DNA of 63,988 bases, counting the filler, from Jimgerdemannia flammicorona (lineage: Eukaryota), in the NCBI GenBank assembly GCA_003990765.1. It is 3 parts of 3 records of this genome, joined end to end, with 100 filler letters (N's around TTAATTAATTAA, not from the genome) between each part and the next. Parts side by side here need not be neighbours in the genome. Positions count along the whole stretch, not along the records: positions 1 to 21,267 come from RBNJ01001490.1; positions 21,368 to 42,628 come from RBNJ01001491.1; 1 more part is not named here. The stretch is one strand, 5' to 3'. Shown here piece after piece: positions 12,282 through 24,390 of the stretch. The notes under the pieces were generated by a model. It had not been told where the DNA came from and searched no databases. It saw only the letters and a list, made by a program, of their open reading frames with translations. A program made the translations under genes and the position numbers. How positions within the stretch are numbered: the stretch's first letter is position 1; each line of letters begins with the position of its first letter.

Positions 12282-13858
12282 TTATTAGACTGAAGCCATC
12301 AATATGACAGTATATATTGTGACAAGCCAAGACATACTACTCAAATAATATCTTAACCAGATGATGCAAACAAGATGACGTGAACATACAGCTTAGTAAC
12401 TAGCAATTATTGCTGTAGAAAACTGTATAAATAGCCAGACATACCAGAAAGGGCCTGTTTATCTGTACAGACTCTGTACACCGTACAGACTCTATACACT
12501 GTACAGGTCCTGTACACCATACAGACTCTGTACACCTGTCATAAGTAGCAGATCTATAGTTAGCCACATAGTAACTGGATAGCAACCAACTTGTATAAAT
12601 TACCCCAGAGATAAGAGTGAATAAACCTCAGTCCAAAATTGAAGCAAAAGACAAGTCTGCCTACCACACTTCGAGAGGAACTCTACAGCCACTGCTAGGA
12701 GATTGTGAGCTTATTTCCCCACTCTGGTCCACTTTCTGATATAAAGAACAAGTCTGAATTGAAGTGCAAACCAAAGAAGCCTCTAAAGATTAAGCAATTG
12801 GTCCCCTTATTCCCACTCCAGTCCACTTTCCAATACAAAGCTTGAAGATTTGCCACCAAGTTCAAGGAAGAACTTTGCCACCTTTTGAAGAACCTGCTGC
12901 TTAAAGGAATAAGCCGCGCTATTGGTATGCTTGCCAGATAAGCCTGAAGAACCCCAGTTTCCACATTCCCAGAGAGTCTTGCCACAAGCCAGTCCCTGAT
13001 ATAACTTCACAGTAGAGCCAGTCTATCAATGCAACTCCATGCAAACAAAGCCAGTCTCGACATAACTTGCCAAGAACCTGAGTTATTATTCCCAAAAGAG
13101 CCTGATTCAGGAAGAATCTGTGCCACCCAAGTTATCTGAGTTATCCACCATTTCTAAGTTATCCAAGTAGTATTCCCAGTTGAAGTCACTGATTCAGGAA
13201 GAATTCGTGCCATCTGAGTTAATTCCCAATTAAGCTGCCATTATCAAGAAGCCTGTCAATTCAGAAGAATCTACATCATCCACCACCTTTTGAGTTATCT
13301 GCCATATTTCCAGTTGAAGCTGCCGATTCAGGAAAAATCCATGACATCCAAGTTATTCATTGTTCTCAGTGAGCCCATTATGGAAGAATCCATGCCATAC
13401 ATTTCCAGTGAGCCAAATTGAGCTATCTGCCAGAAATTGCATACTTTTGGGATCATCACGCTATATAGAAATTGTCATGCAGAAATCACATAAGAAGAAC
13501 TACTAAATTGCCAGACCATCATATACAAGGAGATCATCATGCTATACAAAGATCAATGCACCAAGACTATCACCCAGAAATTACATACTTTTGAAAATTA
13601 CCTCACTACACAAAATTGTACCATTCCCAGTTGACCCAAGAAGGAAAAGACACACGAATTACCACTATACCCAGAGAACCATCCCAATAAGGAAACCACT
13701 CACAGATATCCAGCTTTTGACTATTATACCACTAAACACAAAGGACCTCAGGAATCTTAGAACATTTTGTTGCTTTTTGATAAAGTAACTGGGGGCTCAA
13801 GCCAAACTACATTAACCCCCAATCTTGTAATTTGCCTCTATTGAGCTGGTATGTTACA
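12282..13858 (+). mobile_element. Probable solo LTR (about 1.6 kb) inserted in the Copia remnant
   Basis: Ends tgttaca; flanked by atattc at 12276-12281 and 13859-13864; core tataaattacccc...agagtgaataaacctcagtc (12594-12633) shared with the family C LTR (minus strand, about 15718-15760). Confidence 0.6.
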
Positions 13859-15070
13859 ATATTCATAATAGATACATATCTCAATTACTAAGCAAGAAAG
13901 CTGACAATAATAAATATAAGAATAATAATCTTACTCCTAAAGAATTATAGAGTAGAACCAAGCCCAATATATCATATCTATATATATTCAGATATAATAT
14001 ATATATCCTTAACAAAAGCAATAGTATCTGATACAAATTTGAGTCAAAGACAGTCAAGCACATACTCCTTAGATATAGTAGGAAATTGTATAGACTTTGA
14101 AATTTATATGAAATATATAGTAATTTCATATGATATATAATTTAATAAAAAAGAAAATAATAAGGAGATCTGTATAGAAATACCCATCAGGACATCTACA
14201 TCTACCTCTATATTTTAGTCAGTACAATAACCAGTACTATTAATATCTTCAATAATTCTAGCAATTAATCAAAATTATTTTCAATTATTATATATATGTA
14301 TCTGAGTCAGAGTTATCTGAGCCAAAGATTACCAAGATCAAAGATAAAGATGGTGAATCTAATAATAAGAAATCTTTCATTAAGGACAAAGATAAGCAAA
14401 AGCCAAAGCATAAGTCCAGGAATGAGATGTGTTCAGAATTAGGAAGTTATTGAGACATACTAGCAAGCCTTAGATAGTAGTAATGTCAAGACCATATAAG
14501 CTATACCAAAGCATACATATATTGTAATATCTTCCAGTGAGCTAAGCATATATAATGAGATTATGTAATGCCCCAATAATAAGAAATAGAAATGTACAAT
14601 AGATGAGAAGTATAATTTACTCATAGAAAATAACACATAGAATCTAGTATCTCTTCTATCAAATTATTAAGCAATTAGATTTAAGTAGATCCATAAAATT
14701 AAAAATAAGAGCAATGGAAGTATAGAGTAGTATAAAGCTCATTTTGTTATCAAGGATTATTTGTAAGATTATAATATAGACTATAATAAGATATTTTTGT
14801 TGATATTCAAGCTTTACTTAGAATACTTCTTGTAATTGGCATATTATATAACTTGAAAATCCATCAAATAGATATCAAGATAGCATTTCTGAATAGTGAT
14901 ATAGATATCAAATTATACATCTGCCAACCATAAGGATACAAACTATATAATAGTCCAAATGGTAAGCTTATATATAAATTATATAAAAAACTATATAGTA
15001 TCAAACAAGCAGTATGATTGTGGAATAAAAGGATTGATAAACATCTCTTTGACAATAAGTTCATATGTAT
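13859..15070 (+). pseudogene. pol: Ty1/Copia pol remnant (integrase C-terminus to RT), heavily AT-shifted
   Basis: TPKEL*SRTKPNISYLYIF (~13932), YKAHFVIKDY (~14730), HQIDIKIAFLNSD (~14862), LKQA..WN-like (~15000); integrase precedes RT. Confidence 0.85.
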
Positions 15071-15894
15071 TGTGGCATCAGTTTTGTATAATGAACTTCG
15101 ACTGTACGGCTCAATGTGTCACAGGTGATGTGCGCGATGTATATAACTGAAGGCGTTGGTGACGTTCGCAGGTCGATAGTCATGTGACGGGTCATTCGAT
15201 TCATGTGGTAATAATAGCGGGAGGTCATTCAACGATGGTGGCTCAGGACGTCGATGGCTCAATTGTTTAGTAGAAAAGGGCAGCGAATAACTTGGCGGCG
15301 AACTTGAATTTATGTGGCGACGGTCTTGATGGTCTTGCTCTTTATGTGGTCAATTAAAGCGGTCCATGGCGCAGTAGGTCGGGAAATGGAGGTTGACGGC
15401 TCACTCATCCGTCTTGGTTAACTTGAAAGGTTCCTGGCGGTCGTTTGAGTATCTTGGCAGGTCTTAGGCTGCGGTCTTGTTTGGCTGGGTACCCTTGGGT
15501 TCCTTGGTTTTCCGGGTCTCGAGTCTCGAATGGCAGCGGTCGGTCTTTGGTGGTCTAGTGCGGCTTTCCTTAGCAGCAGGTCTTGAACGTTTTCTTTCCG
15601 TGGCAAGAGAAAATTCTTTAACTCAAACTTCCAAGCAATCCGTTGCTCTAGGTTGTTATCTTGTTCTCAGAATTTATCTGGTCTCTTGGAGGCAGTGTGT
15701 TTTCTTTGTAAAACTGTCTGACTGAGGTTTATTCACTCTAAGAATAGGGGTTATTTATACAAGTTTGCTAGCTATAGGGGAGGGGGCATGACTAAGGCTA
15801 AGGTATACTACGTTGTGGCGAACTTCGCTATGCTATTGGTTTGCACGATGCGAGGTGCAGGCTATTGTTTACTATGGATTGGGTTGTAGGGGAT

Positions 15895-16200
15895 AGCAAT
15901 GCTGGATTTGGACTTGCTGACTTGCTGACATGGACGGATATGGATATGACGATTGTTGCCAGAAACGGTTGTGGAGGGTAGCAACACTGGAAACAGATGA
16001 GCTGACATGATATGATGATTGTTGCCAGAAATGGTTGTGGAGGGTAGCAATGCTGGAAACGGATGAGCTGACATGATATGATGATTGTTGCCAGAAATAG
16101 TTGTGGAGGGTGGCAATGCTGAATTTGGTCCTGCTGACAAAACGCTGAAAATGGTGGTACTGAGTAGCAATGCTGGAAACGGAAGGGCTGACAAAAGCTG
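15895..16200. repeat. Minisatellite of about 66 bp in the family C LTR
   Basis: gattgttgccagaaa.ggttgtggagggtagcaa..ctggaaac repeated about three times plus partial units. Confidence 0.8.
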
Positions 16201-16226
16201 GGCTCTCACGGCTGATGGGCGGTACT

Positions 16227-17285
16227 CTAGAAGAAATAGTACCCTTCATCCGTGGTGGGCAAATCTTGCTGGGTTGTGATTTCTTCTTCATCATATCTCT
16301 CCTCAAAGGGGGGAAGCACCTGCCAAGAGGTGAGGGGATAGAAAAGTGGCCAGTCATCTTCAACAACATTCTCCAACCCTTGAACAGCTTGAATGCGGAC
16401 AGAGGACTGGTAGACTCTCTGTTGCTCCTCTTCTTCTGAAGACTCGTCAGTTTCAGTATCAGAGGGGGTTTCTTTAGGGGCAGGGCCTTGGAGTTCTTGG
16501 GGCTCCTCTTTAAAGACAGGGACCTCTTGGGCTTCTTCTTGATTCGGTTCCCAAATGATGAGATGTGAATTGTGGCTGACAGGGTGGTGGGTGGTTGGGG
16601 TAGCTCCAATGGGTGCTTCTATGGTAATGGGTGGTCCTTCAAATATCTCCATAAGACTCATTAGGTGACCTTGATGGTTATCTCGGAGTGGGGTGGTGTG
16701 AAAACCTGGTTGAGTAGGTTCGGTTTGTTGGCTTCCTACGGCAACGCGGTTGCTGCTAGTAAAGTTGGCTACTTCAAATTCTATCCAGTCAGCATCTTCA
16801 GTTGAAAGGTGGGAGAGGCTGCCAGCTGTAACTCCTTGCAAGTATGCTATAGCTCAGGGAATATGGCAGAAAATTTGGTAGACATGGAGGGCTCTCTTGA
16901 TTAGCCGGCTGGTGGTTAACATTTTGGCAATGAGGTCTTCCTGGTTGCCTTCTTGAGTCTCATTGCAAAGGTGGTGTCCGATTTCATAGTCATGCCAGAG
17001 GGTCATTCGTTCGGTGGTGTCTTTGAGCTATTGGGTCATTATATACCGGTAGTTGATGAAGTGTCCAAGGTCCTCAGTGTAGAAGTTCAAGTGTTCGGAA
17101 GTATCTGGGTGCCAGATGGCCTTCTTGATAGCTTCAAAGATCAGGGTCTTTGGGTCAGACAAAGGGGTAGAGTGGCGGGAGGTCTGGTTGGTTTGGCGAA
17201 TGGGAGGCATTGTGTGGTGGGTATTTGGTTCTTTAGTGCTGATCCCTGAGGCGGAGTATGGTTCCTTAAATAATGTGGTCTTCAT
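16227..17285 (-). pseudogene. Extra (non gag/pol) ORF of family C, about 350 codons with internal stops
   Basis: ORF-track segments 17028-17285 and 16227-16841 share a frame and join across stop codons; HFINYRY...LWHDYEIG...ALHVYQIF resembles the ORF at 49916. Confidence 0.6.
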
Positions 17286-17739
17286 TTTGGCTCAGGTCAT
17301 CTTGTCTTCTTTTGGGATGATCACCTAATGGGTCAGGCTGTCTATTTGATTGTCACGCCATTATGTCATCTGATCTTAGCAGTCACCGGTACTCTATTAT
17401 CAATTGTGTACATCACATCTGCCCCTTGCAAAATTAGAGCTGTCCTCAGCGGTGAGGGTTACACAGAGTTGGGTGGTCTTAACTCCAGGGATGAGCAGAA
17501 TGCTGGCACATTTGTGAGGACTGGCCATCCTTGTCTAGGGCAAGGGCTCCCATAGTTGCGGTTGGGGGTTCGAACCCATCGGAAATAGTATTACTTGTAA
17601 TCCGAGGCAATTTCTTAGTAACAATGTCTGTCACGTAGATGGGCTTGAGTCTGGTTCCAATGTTGTTGGCTTTCTTGAGTTCTGAGTGAAACATCCATCA
17701 TATCTCCAGTGGAGACGATACAGACAGAGTGAACAGGAT

Positions 17740-20700
17740 TGTTCAAATGCGTTTTGCTTCTCTTGAGTAGTAGAGTCTTATGTGGTTGCGATGTATCTTG
17801 GTCTTGAGTATAACTCCATCCAAGGTCTTGAGTTGATAAGTGTGGTTCGAGAATACTTAGTATATGAGATAGGGGCCTTCCCATTTTGGTTCAAGCTTGG
17901 TACTCCAATTTCCTTCTATGATGGTATGGTACACCAGAACCTTTTGTCCAATGAGCAGGGGTTCAAGGTCGGCTTTGCAGTCATAGTACCTCTTTTGTCA
18001 TTCTTGTGCCTTGGCGATAAATCCTTGTGCTTGCTGGCATATGTCATGTAACCAGGTGATCTCTTCTGTAACTCGTTTTGACAGATCTTGCTAGACTGGT
18101 TCAGTAGGATCTTGTGCTTCTCGGCCATACACCAAATAGAAGGGGGTCTGTTGGGTAGCAGTTGCCTTAGAGGTATGGATGCTGAACAGAATTGCCAGTA
18201 GATAGATATCCCAGTTTAGTTGATCTCCGGTTCTACTGAGACCTTGCTTGATGGTCTGGTTCATTCATTCAGTGAGTCCATTTGCCTGTGGGTAGTAGGC
18301 TGTTGTTGGTCGTAGCTTGATCTTGAAGTTGCTCACAAAGGTCTTTATGGCTTGGTTGACGAATTCTCAGCCTTGGTCTGTAATGATTTCCTTGGGCACA
18401 CCATGGCGGCTGAAAATTTCATCATACAGTATCCCAATAATTGTCTGGGCATTGGCAGTCTTGATGGCAAAGGCTTCAGGCCATTTTGTCAGGTGGTCTT
18501 CGATAGTGAGGATGTAGCATCTTCCTTGGCTGGTTTCTGGTAGGAGTCCAATAATGTCTATTCCTAGTCTTTGAAAGGCTCCAGCTGGTGCTGCAATCGG
18601 TATTAATGGTGCTCTGTCAGTAGGCTTTTGTCGGTATCTTTGGCAGGTATCACATTGTTGAATGTGCATTGAAATTTGTTTTCTCATCTTGGGCCACCAG
18701 TATCACTTCTTAATTCTTGCAATTGTGGCACCAATTCCTCGGTGTGCATTTTGGTCATGATTTGTTGTCAGGATCTTCAAATATTTCTTCTTCTCTTGGA
18801 ACTCGGGTGTACTGCTCTCCCTCTACTCTCCAAAGTTCGCCATTGCCTTCTTGGAATTTCTTGAAATTCCTTTGGATAAACAACTTGTGGGCTGGTTGGG
18901 CAAGGCGCAATTCTTGGTTCATTTGGGTGAGCAGGAAGTAGCCTTCTCTTGTGGGGGCTCCTTTCCTTCTTGTTGGTTTCATGGGATTCTTGACAGGGTA
19001 TCAATATTGGAATTCTTAGCACCTTTCTTGTAGACAATAGTGAACTGATATTCTTGCAGAGACATGATCCATCTAGCGAAGATTCCTGAGGGCTCCAGCT
19101 TGTTGAACAACCATTGTAGAGCTTGATAGTCAGTGATGAGGGCAAATCTTTTTTCCAAGAGATAGTGTCGGAAGTGGTCTACAGCCCAAACTACTACTAG
19201 GCATTCCAACTTAGTGGCTCCATAGTTCGCTTGTGTTTCATTCGTAGCCTTGCTAGTATATTCGATAACATGCTCCCTCTTCTGGTCATCTTGCTGAGAC
19301 AAAATTGATCCAAGTCCTAAGGCTGAGGCATCAGTTGCCAGAATGAATGGTTTGCCAAAGTCTGGTCGCACCAGGACAGAGGCTTCAGTAATAGCCTTTT
19401 TGAGTAAGTCGAATGACTTTTGTTGTTCTTCTTTCCAGTAGAATGGTTAGTCCTTCTTAGAGATATCCCAGAGAGGTGCTGCCTTATCTGAAAACCTTGG
19501 GATGAATCGTCGATAGTAGGATGCCAGCATAAGGAAGGATAGGGTCTTCTTTGCTGAGGTCGGAGTTGGGTAGTTCTTGACTTTCTCCACCTTGCGGGGG
19601 TCAGCATGTGTTCCTTGAGCTGAGACAACATATCCCAGATATTCGACTTGATGTTTTCTGAAGAAGCACTTCTTGGCATTGAGTCTGAGTCCTGAATTTC
19701 GAATGGTATTGAATACTTCATGGAGGTCTTGCAAATACTGCTTGAATGTCTCGGAGTAGATGATTACATCATCTATGTACACTAGTACATTTCTTTCAAT
19801 GAGGTCCTGGTAGACATAGTTCATCATTCATTGGAATGAGGCAGGTGCATTGCAGAGTCCAAAGGGCATTCATAGGTATTCATACTGTCCTCGTCTGGTG
19901 ATGAAGGCTGTCTTGCAGATATCTTCTTTGGCAATGGGTATTACTTGGAATCCTTGGAACTGGTTGGTAGTGGTCATGTATTTGGCTTTTCCGAGGGCAT
20001 TGATGAGGTCATCAATTCTTGGCAGTGGGTAGGCATCTTCTGTGGTGACTTTGTTAAGTTTTCTGAAATCCATGACTAATCTCCATCCTCCTTTCTTTGG
20101 TACTATGATTGCTAGTGAAGCCCAGGGACTTGATGATGGTCTGATGACTCTATTTCATAGCATTTCATCTATGTGTTGTTGTTTGAATTCAATCAGATGA
20201 TGTGGTGTTCGGTAGGGTCGTTGTTGGATTGGTCTTGCATCTCCAGTATGTATGGGGTGTTCTCCATATTGATATGGTGGGAAGTTATCATATGTGGTGG
20301 TAAATATATCTTTGTACTCCTCTATCAACTCCTGTATCTGTTGTTGCTGGTCCTTGGTTAGAGTTGTCTTGATGTCGACGGCTTTGATTGCTGAATTTGC
20401 TGAGTCTTCCTCCCTGGTACTGTCAGTCTCACCGGAGAGAGCTTGCCATTTTCCAAGAATTCGAAGACTTCTTCCTCATAGGTATCTATCAGTGGTTCAA
20501 AATATTCCAGTGTTGTTCCTTTGGGGATAGTTATCACTTTGAAGCCCAAGTTTCTGATAGGGATATGGATCAGTGATATCTGGTCATGAATTTGTTCTTC
20601 AGCCAGGAGGATGTGGTATTCCTTTTGAAGCTCCAGTGATGGTGCAAATATCAAGTTGTTTGCTTCTACTGGTAGGTGCACATCTAGGCCTTTTTGCTGG

Positions 20701-21267
20701 TAGGGCTGCAGGAGGATGTCTTCTCTTGCTCGGATTGGGCAGCAGATGTGGGGTCTCATTTGTCAGAATTGAGCAACTGTTGCCAAATGAACCTCAATAG
20801 GTGGTGTCTGTAGATTTCTATTGGTGCTTCCAAAGCCTTCTTGTCCTCTGTTGGTATCTTCTAGTTGGTCTACCTCTTGGATGGTCGGCTGTAATGTCTT
20901 GATAAACAGAATTTGGCAGATGGCTTCTATAGGACTGAAGAATTGACTGGTTCTACTAGAATTGTGGATAATGGCCTTCAAGGGACCTCGGTAGTTCTGA
21001 TCGATGACTCCTCCTTCTACTGTGACTCCTTTGGTTGCCAATGAGGATCTTGAGGCCAATTGTCCATAATGCCCAGGTAGTATAGCAAGTGCAATCTGTA
21101 GGTCAAAAGTCCTAGTACTTCTGGGTCGGATTCTTGCTTAGTAGGGGAGGCAGAGGTCATAACCAACTGATCCTTCTGTTTGTGCAAGAGGTGGCTATGC
21201 CCAGGGTGAAAGCAGCTTGACCTGGATAATTGGTTGAGCTTTGAGAAATGGCACTTCAGCTGTTGCC
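17740..21267 (-). pseudogene. pol: Family C pol: dUTPase, second degenerate dUTPase-like segment, RT, RNase H, integrase (no chromodomain seen)
   Basis: ASRSSLA..EGGVIDQNYRG..GFGST (21059-20825), DFRKLN, LVYIDDV, ATDASALG, CDTC, GIDII, TDQG, PKWEGPY (~17880). Confidence 0.92.
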
Positions 21268-21367
21268 NNNNNNNNNNNNNNNNNNNNNNNNNNNNNNNNN
21301 NNNNNNNNNNNTTAATTAATTAANNNNNNNNNNNNNNNNNNNNNNNNNNNNNNNNNNNNNNNNNNNN
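21268..21367. other. Scaffold gap with artificial TTAATTAATTAA spacer
   Basis: 100 bp of N with the 12-mer at 21312-21323; identical layout at 42629-42728. Confidence 0.97.
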
Positions 21368-21713
21368 AGTACTCTTCTTTCACGGAAGTGGTGGCGAATC
21401 AACCTTTAAAGGGAACGGAAAGTAACCAGTAATACAGTGATGAGTAACGGAATGGCAGGAATGGGAATATGATAAACGGCTCTCGTCAGTCGACGAAACT
21501 GTGTGGAATGACTCCAGGTACAATATTGACAATATTTTTGCTTCTGTCTTTCACTCTCCAAGGCTAGCTATCAAGGGAGGAATGAGTTCGTTTGTCGGTG
21601 TGTACGTACGTGGTCACACATTCCATAGATGACACATTTATGGGGACGTCACCTCGATGACATAATAAGCCACTTGAGAAATCCTTGTTAGCCGAGTTAT
21701 GTATACTTTAACA
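21368..21713 (-). mobile_element. Possible LTR fragment, CpG-rich
   Basis: Minus strand gagcaggag then TGTTAAAG at 21713 resembles PPT plus LTR start; sharp composition change. Confidence 0.35.
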
Positions 21714-21896
21714 CTCCTGCTCAACAAAATTATCCAAATGCAATGCTAAGTAAGAATATAGCTAGCAGGAATGTAAGCAAAATAATAATAATCCAAGAAA
21801 ACTATATTTGAGCTAAAATGAAACTATCTATATCTACTTATAGTATATAAAATATTATAAAAATATAAAATATAGATTAGAGATATATAATATAGA

Positions 21897-24390
21897 TAGT
21901 ACTCTGTAAACCTGACCTGATTAATCTGAAACCCAACCCATAAAACAGCCGACCCAGAATTAGACATCACCTGTCTTTAATCTAACTCAGAATTATATGT
22001 TATATATCTTTAACCCAACTTAGAAATATATATTACTCTTCTTTAATCTGATCTAGAATTATATGTCATCTATCTTTAACCCAATCTAGAAATATACATC
22101 ACCCATCTTTAACTTGACTTATTATTTATCCTTAACCCAAACCTGAACTCAACCCCTGAACCTGACTCTGAATCTAACCCTCTAAACTCTACTCTAAAAA
22201 AATAATTTAGATAATATTTAGATAATATTCAGAGTAATTAAAAGTGAAAAATATCTGAAGACTACCAAGAATCCAGATACATATATGTACAAATTATATT
22301 TATATATAAGCTGTTTTAATATTCAGTTACTAGCTTACTAGTAATAGAAAAAATATATTTAGATAAAATAGATATCACTAAAATAACAAGATAATTATAA
22401 GTTATTCATAAAAGATTAGAATATATCAACTGATTTTACTATTACTAATCCAGTATATCTATATAAGAATTAGCTGAATTCTCTAACAAATAACTAAAAT
22501 AAAGAAATATAAGTAAAAATCAACCAAGTTAACCAAAAACATAATAACAATACTAACTATTTAAGCTCATTATCTATATCAATATACTGTTTCTTCTCAT
22601 ATATTGAGTTAATAAAATCATCAGCATTATAGAATATTGAGAATATAATAATAGTATTAATAGACTTATACTATTTTTTCTAGATATATTTCATCTGATT
22701 CTTTTAAGAATTTTTTCTATTATTTATAATAGAAATAATATATATTAATATGTAGATCTAAGGCTGAAGCTATACTGTATAATAGTATCATCTTGTAGAA
22801 GTTTTGTATATTATCTCAGTAGCAATAAGTATTATTTATAAAAAAAATAAAAAATAAATTGAAATATATACATTTTATTTTTTAATTACTTACTAAATTA
22901 GTTTTTAAATTTACAAATAAAATTACTTTCAAAATCATATATATTTGATTAAAATATTTATAGTTCAATATATATTGATAATATCTTTAAGATAATTATA
23001 TAGCTAATTAAATAATAGAATAATAGCTACTATTATAGAATACTTTGAAGCTGATATTACAGTTGTTACTTTGGTAAAAGGCTTGGGAAATTAGCAAATC
23101 AATTCAAATTATTATAATATATCTTCAGATATATTACTTATTTGCTTATTCATAGTACATAATATATCTAAAATTTATTTGAATATAATATTAATTTATT
23201 TAATACTAAAATACTTCTGAATTATATTCTAAAATCTATATAAATATATAGATTCAAAATCTTATCTTATCAATCTCTAGAGTATGTATTAATATTTTAT
23301 ATATAGAACTTTATCTTATTATAATATCTAAGAGAGGCTTCAAAATGGGAATTCCAGAGGATTCACAGACTTTTACCAGTTGTGCTTATTATTATACTGA
23401 ATTTTTGATCTTCTTTATTAACTCTTATAACTTTCCAATAGACTCTCTAAGAGAACCAAAAGTATTATAAATAATGAGATTCAGTATATACCTGAAATAG
23501 TAAATATGAGTAAGTAAATAATAGAGATTCTCAAATAGAGTATTATTGTTACTAGTGTTGTTATATATAATAGTAATGATTTAATTATTACTAGATAACA
23601 AATTATCTATTATTAGCTTCAGACTCTTTATAAGATTGATATCTATGTATATTATTTTACTAATATTTATAAAGTCTAAGATAATATTATATATTTTTAA
23701 TTACTATTAATTCAATAAGCTATTTATTCAAGAAAGGTCTTAATATTAACATTCAACATCCAATAATCAAGTATAAGCAACATCTTTGACTTAAGCCCTG
23801 CTAGTCTTGCTTTTACTTAAGTCTACAATAGTTTGAATTTCTTTTGAATAACTTATGAAATCATATTAGCCAACAGAAGAGTCAGATCAGAGTATAATAT
23901 ATAAAGGTGATATTTGAAGCTAGAGTTTTCAATAGTAAAGAATAGCTAATACTCAGTGATAATAAAGTTGGTAATTAACTGATGAAAATTCTCATTATTT
24001 AAATTCTCACTAATATATTTCTATTTGTAATAATAAAATTTAATAAATTATTTTTCTAATAATCTCCTAAGTACTTCTCAAATTCTATTCTATCTATACT
24101 TACAATATCATCTTTCTTAGATATGAGAATTCTCAATATACTGAAAAGATAAGAGTATAATATTATGATACTTTTAGAAATATCATTTAAGATTATTAAT
24201 ATTGCCATCCTTTAATATATAGCTCTAAGTTATACAATAGTTATAACTGATGAGCTTGCTTTGTAAATTATATTTAAATAGAGAAATATAAAACTATATT
24301 AGAATCTCAACTACTTATAACTGACTACTCTTATAACTGATGAGACTAACTATTCTTATAACTATAACTATTAATATAATATATAAAACT
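21897..24390 (-). mobile_element. Old, highly AT-shifted hAT remnant (second family)
   Basis: tagtactct end resembles the tagtgctcc TIR; about 40-bp subterminal repeats 21950-22140; minus strand YSNL..ITYNYLVIL..IFSITSKLVTE (decayed hATC, ~22300-22450) and KPFTKVTTVISASKY (~23040-23085). Confidence 0.65.

Larger units (their letters stand above)
15071..17417 (-). repeat. Putative family C 3' LTR (about 2.35 kb) containing an ORF
   Basis: Follows PPT, starts TG, contains TATA/poly(A) core; second LTR not visible, so extent is inferred. Confidence 0.55.
15071..21267 (-). mobile_element. Gypsy family C, relatively young (CpG retained); 5' part lost in the gap
   Basis: dUTPase-RT-RNaseH-IN on minus strand; PPT aaggggcaga then tgtgatg at 17417; TATA and AATAAA near 15760-15728; left boundary (15071) tentative. 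Confidence 0.85.

Noticed and set aside
21312..21323. TTAATTAATTAA palindrome within N runs (also 42673-42684)
   Set aside because: Identical layout in both gaps; an assembly spacer with stops in all frames
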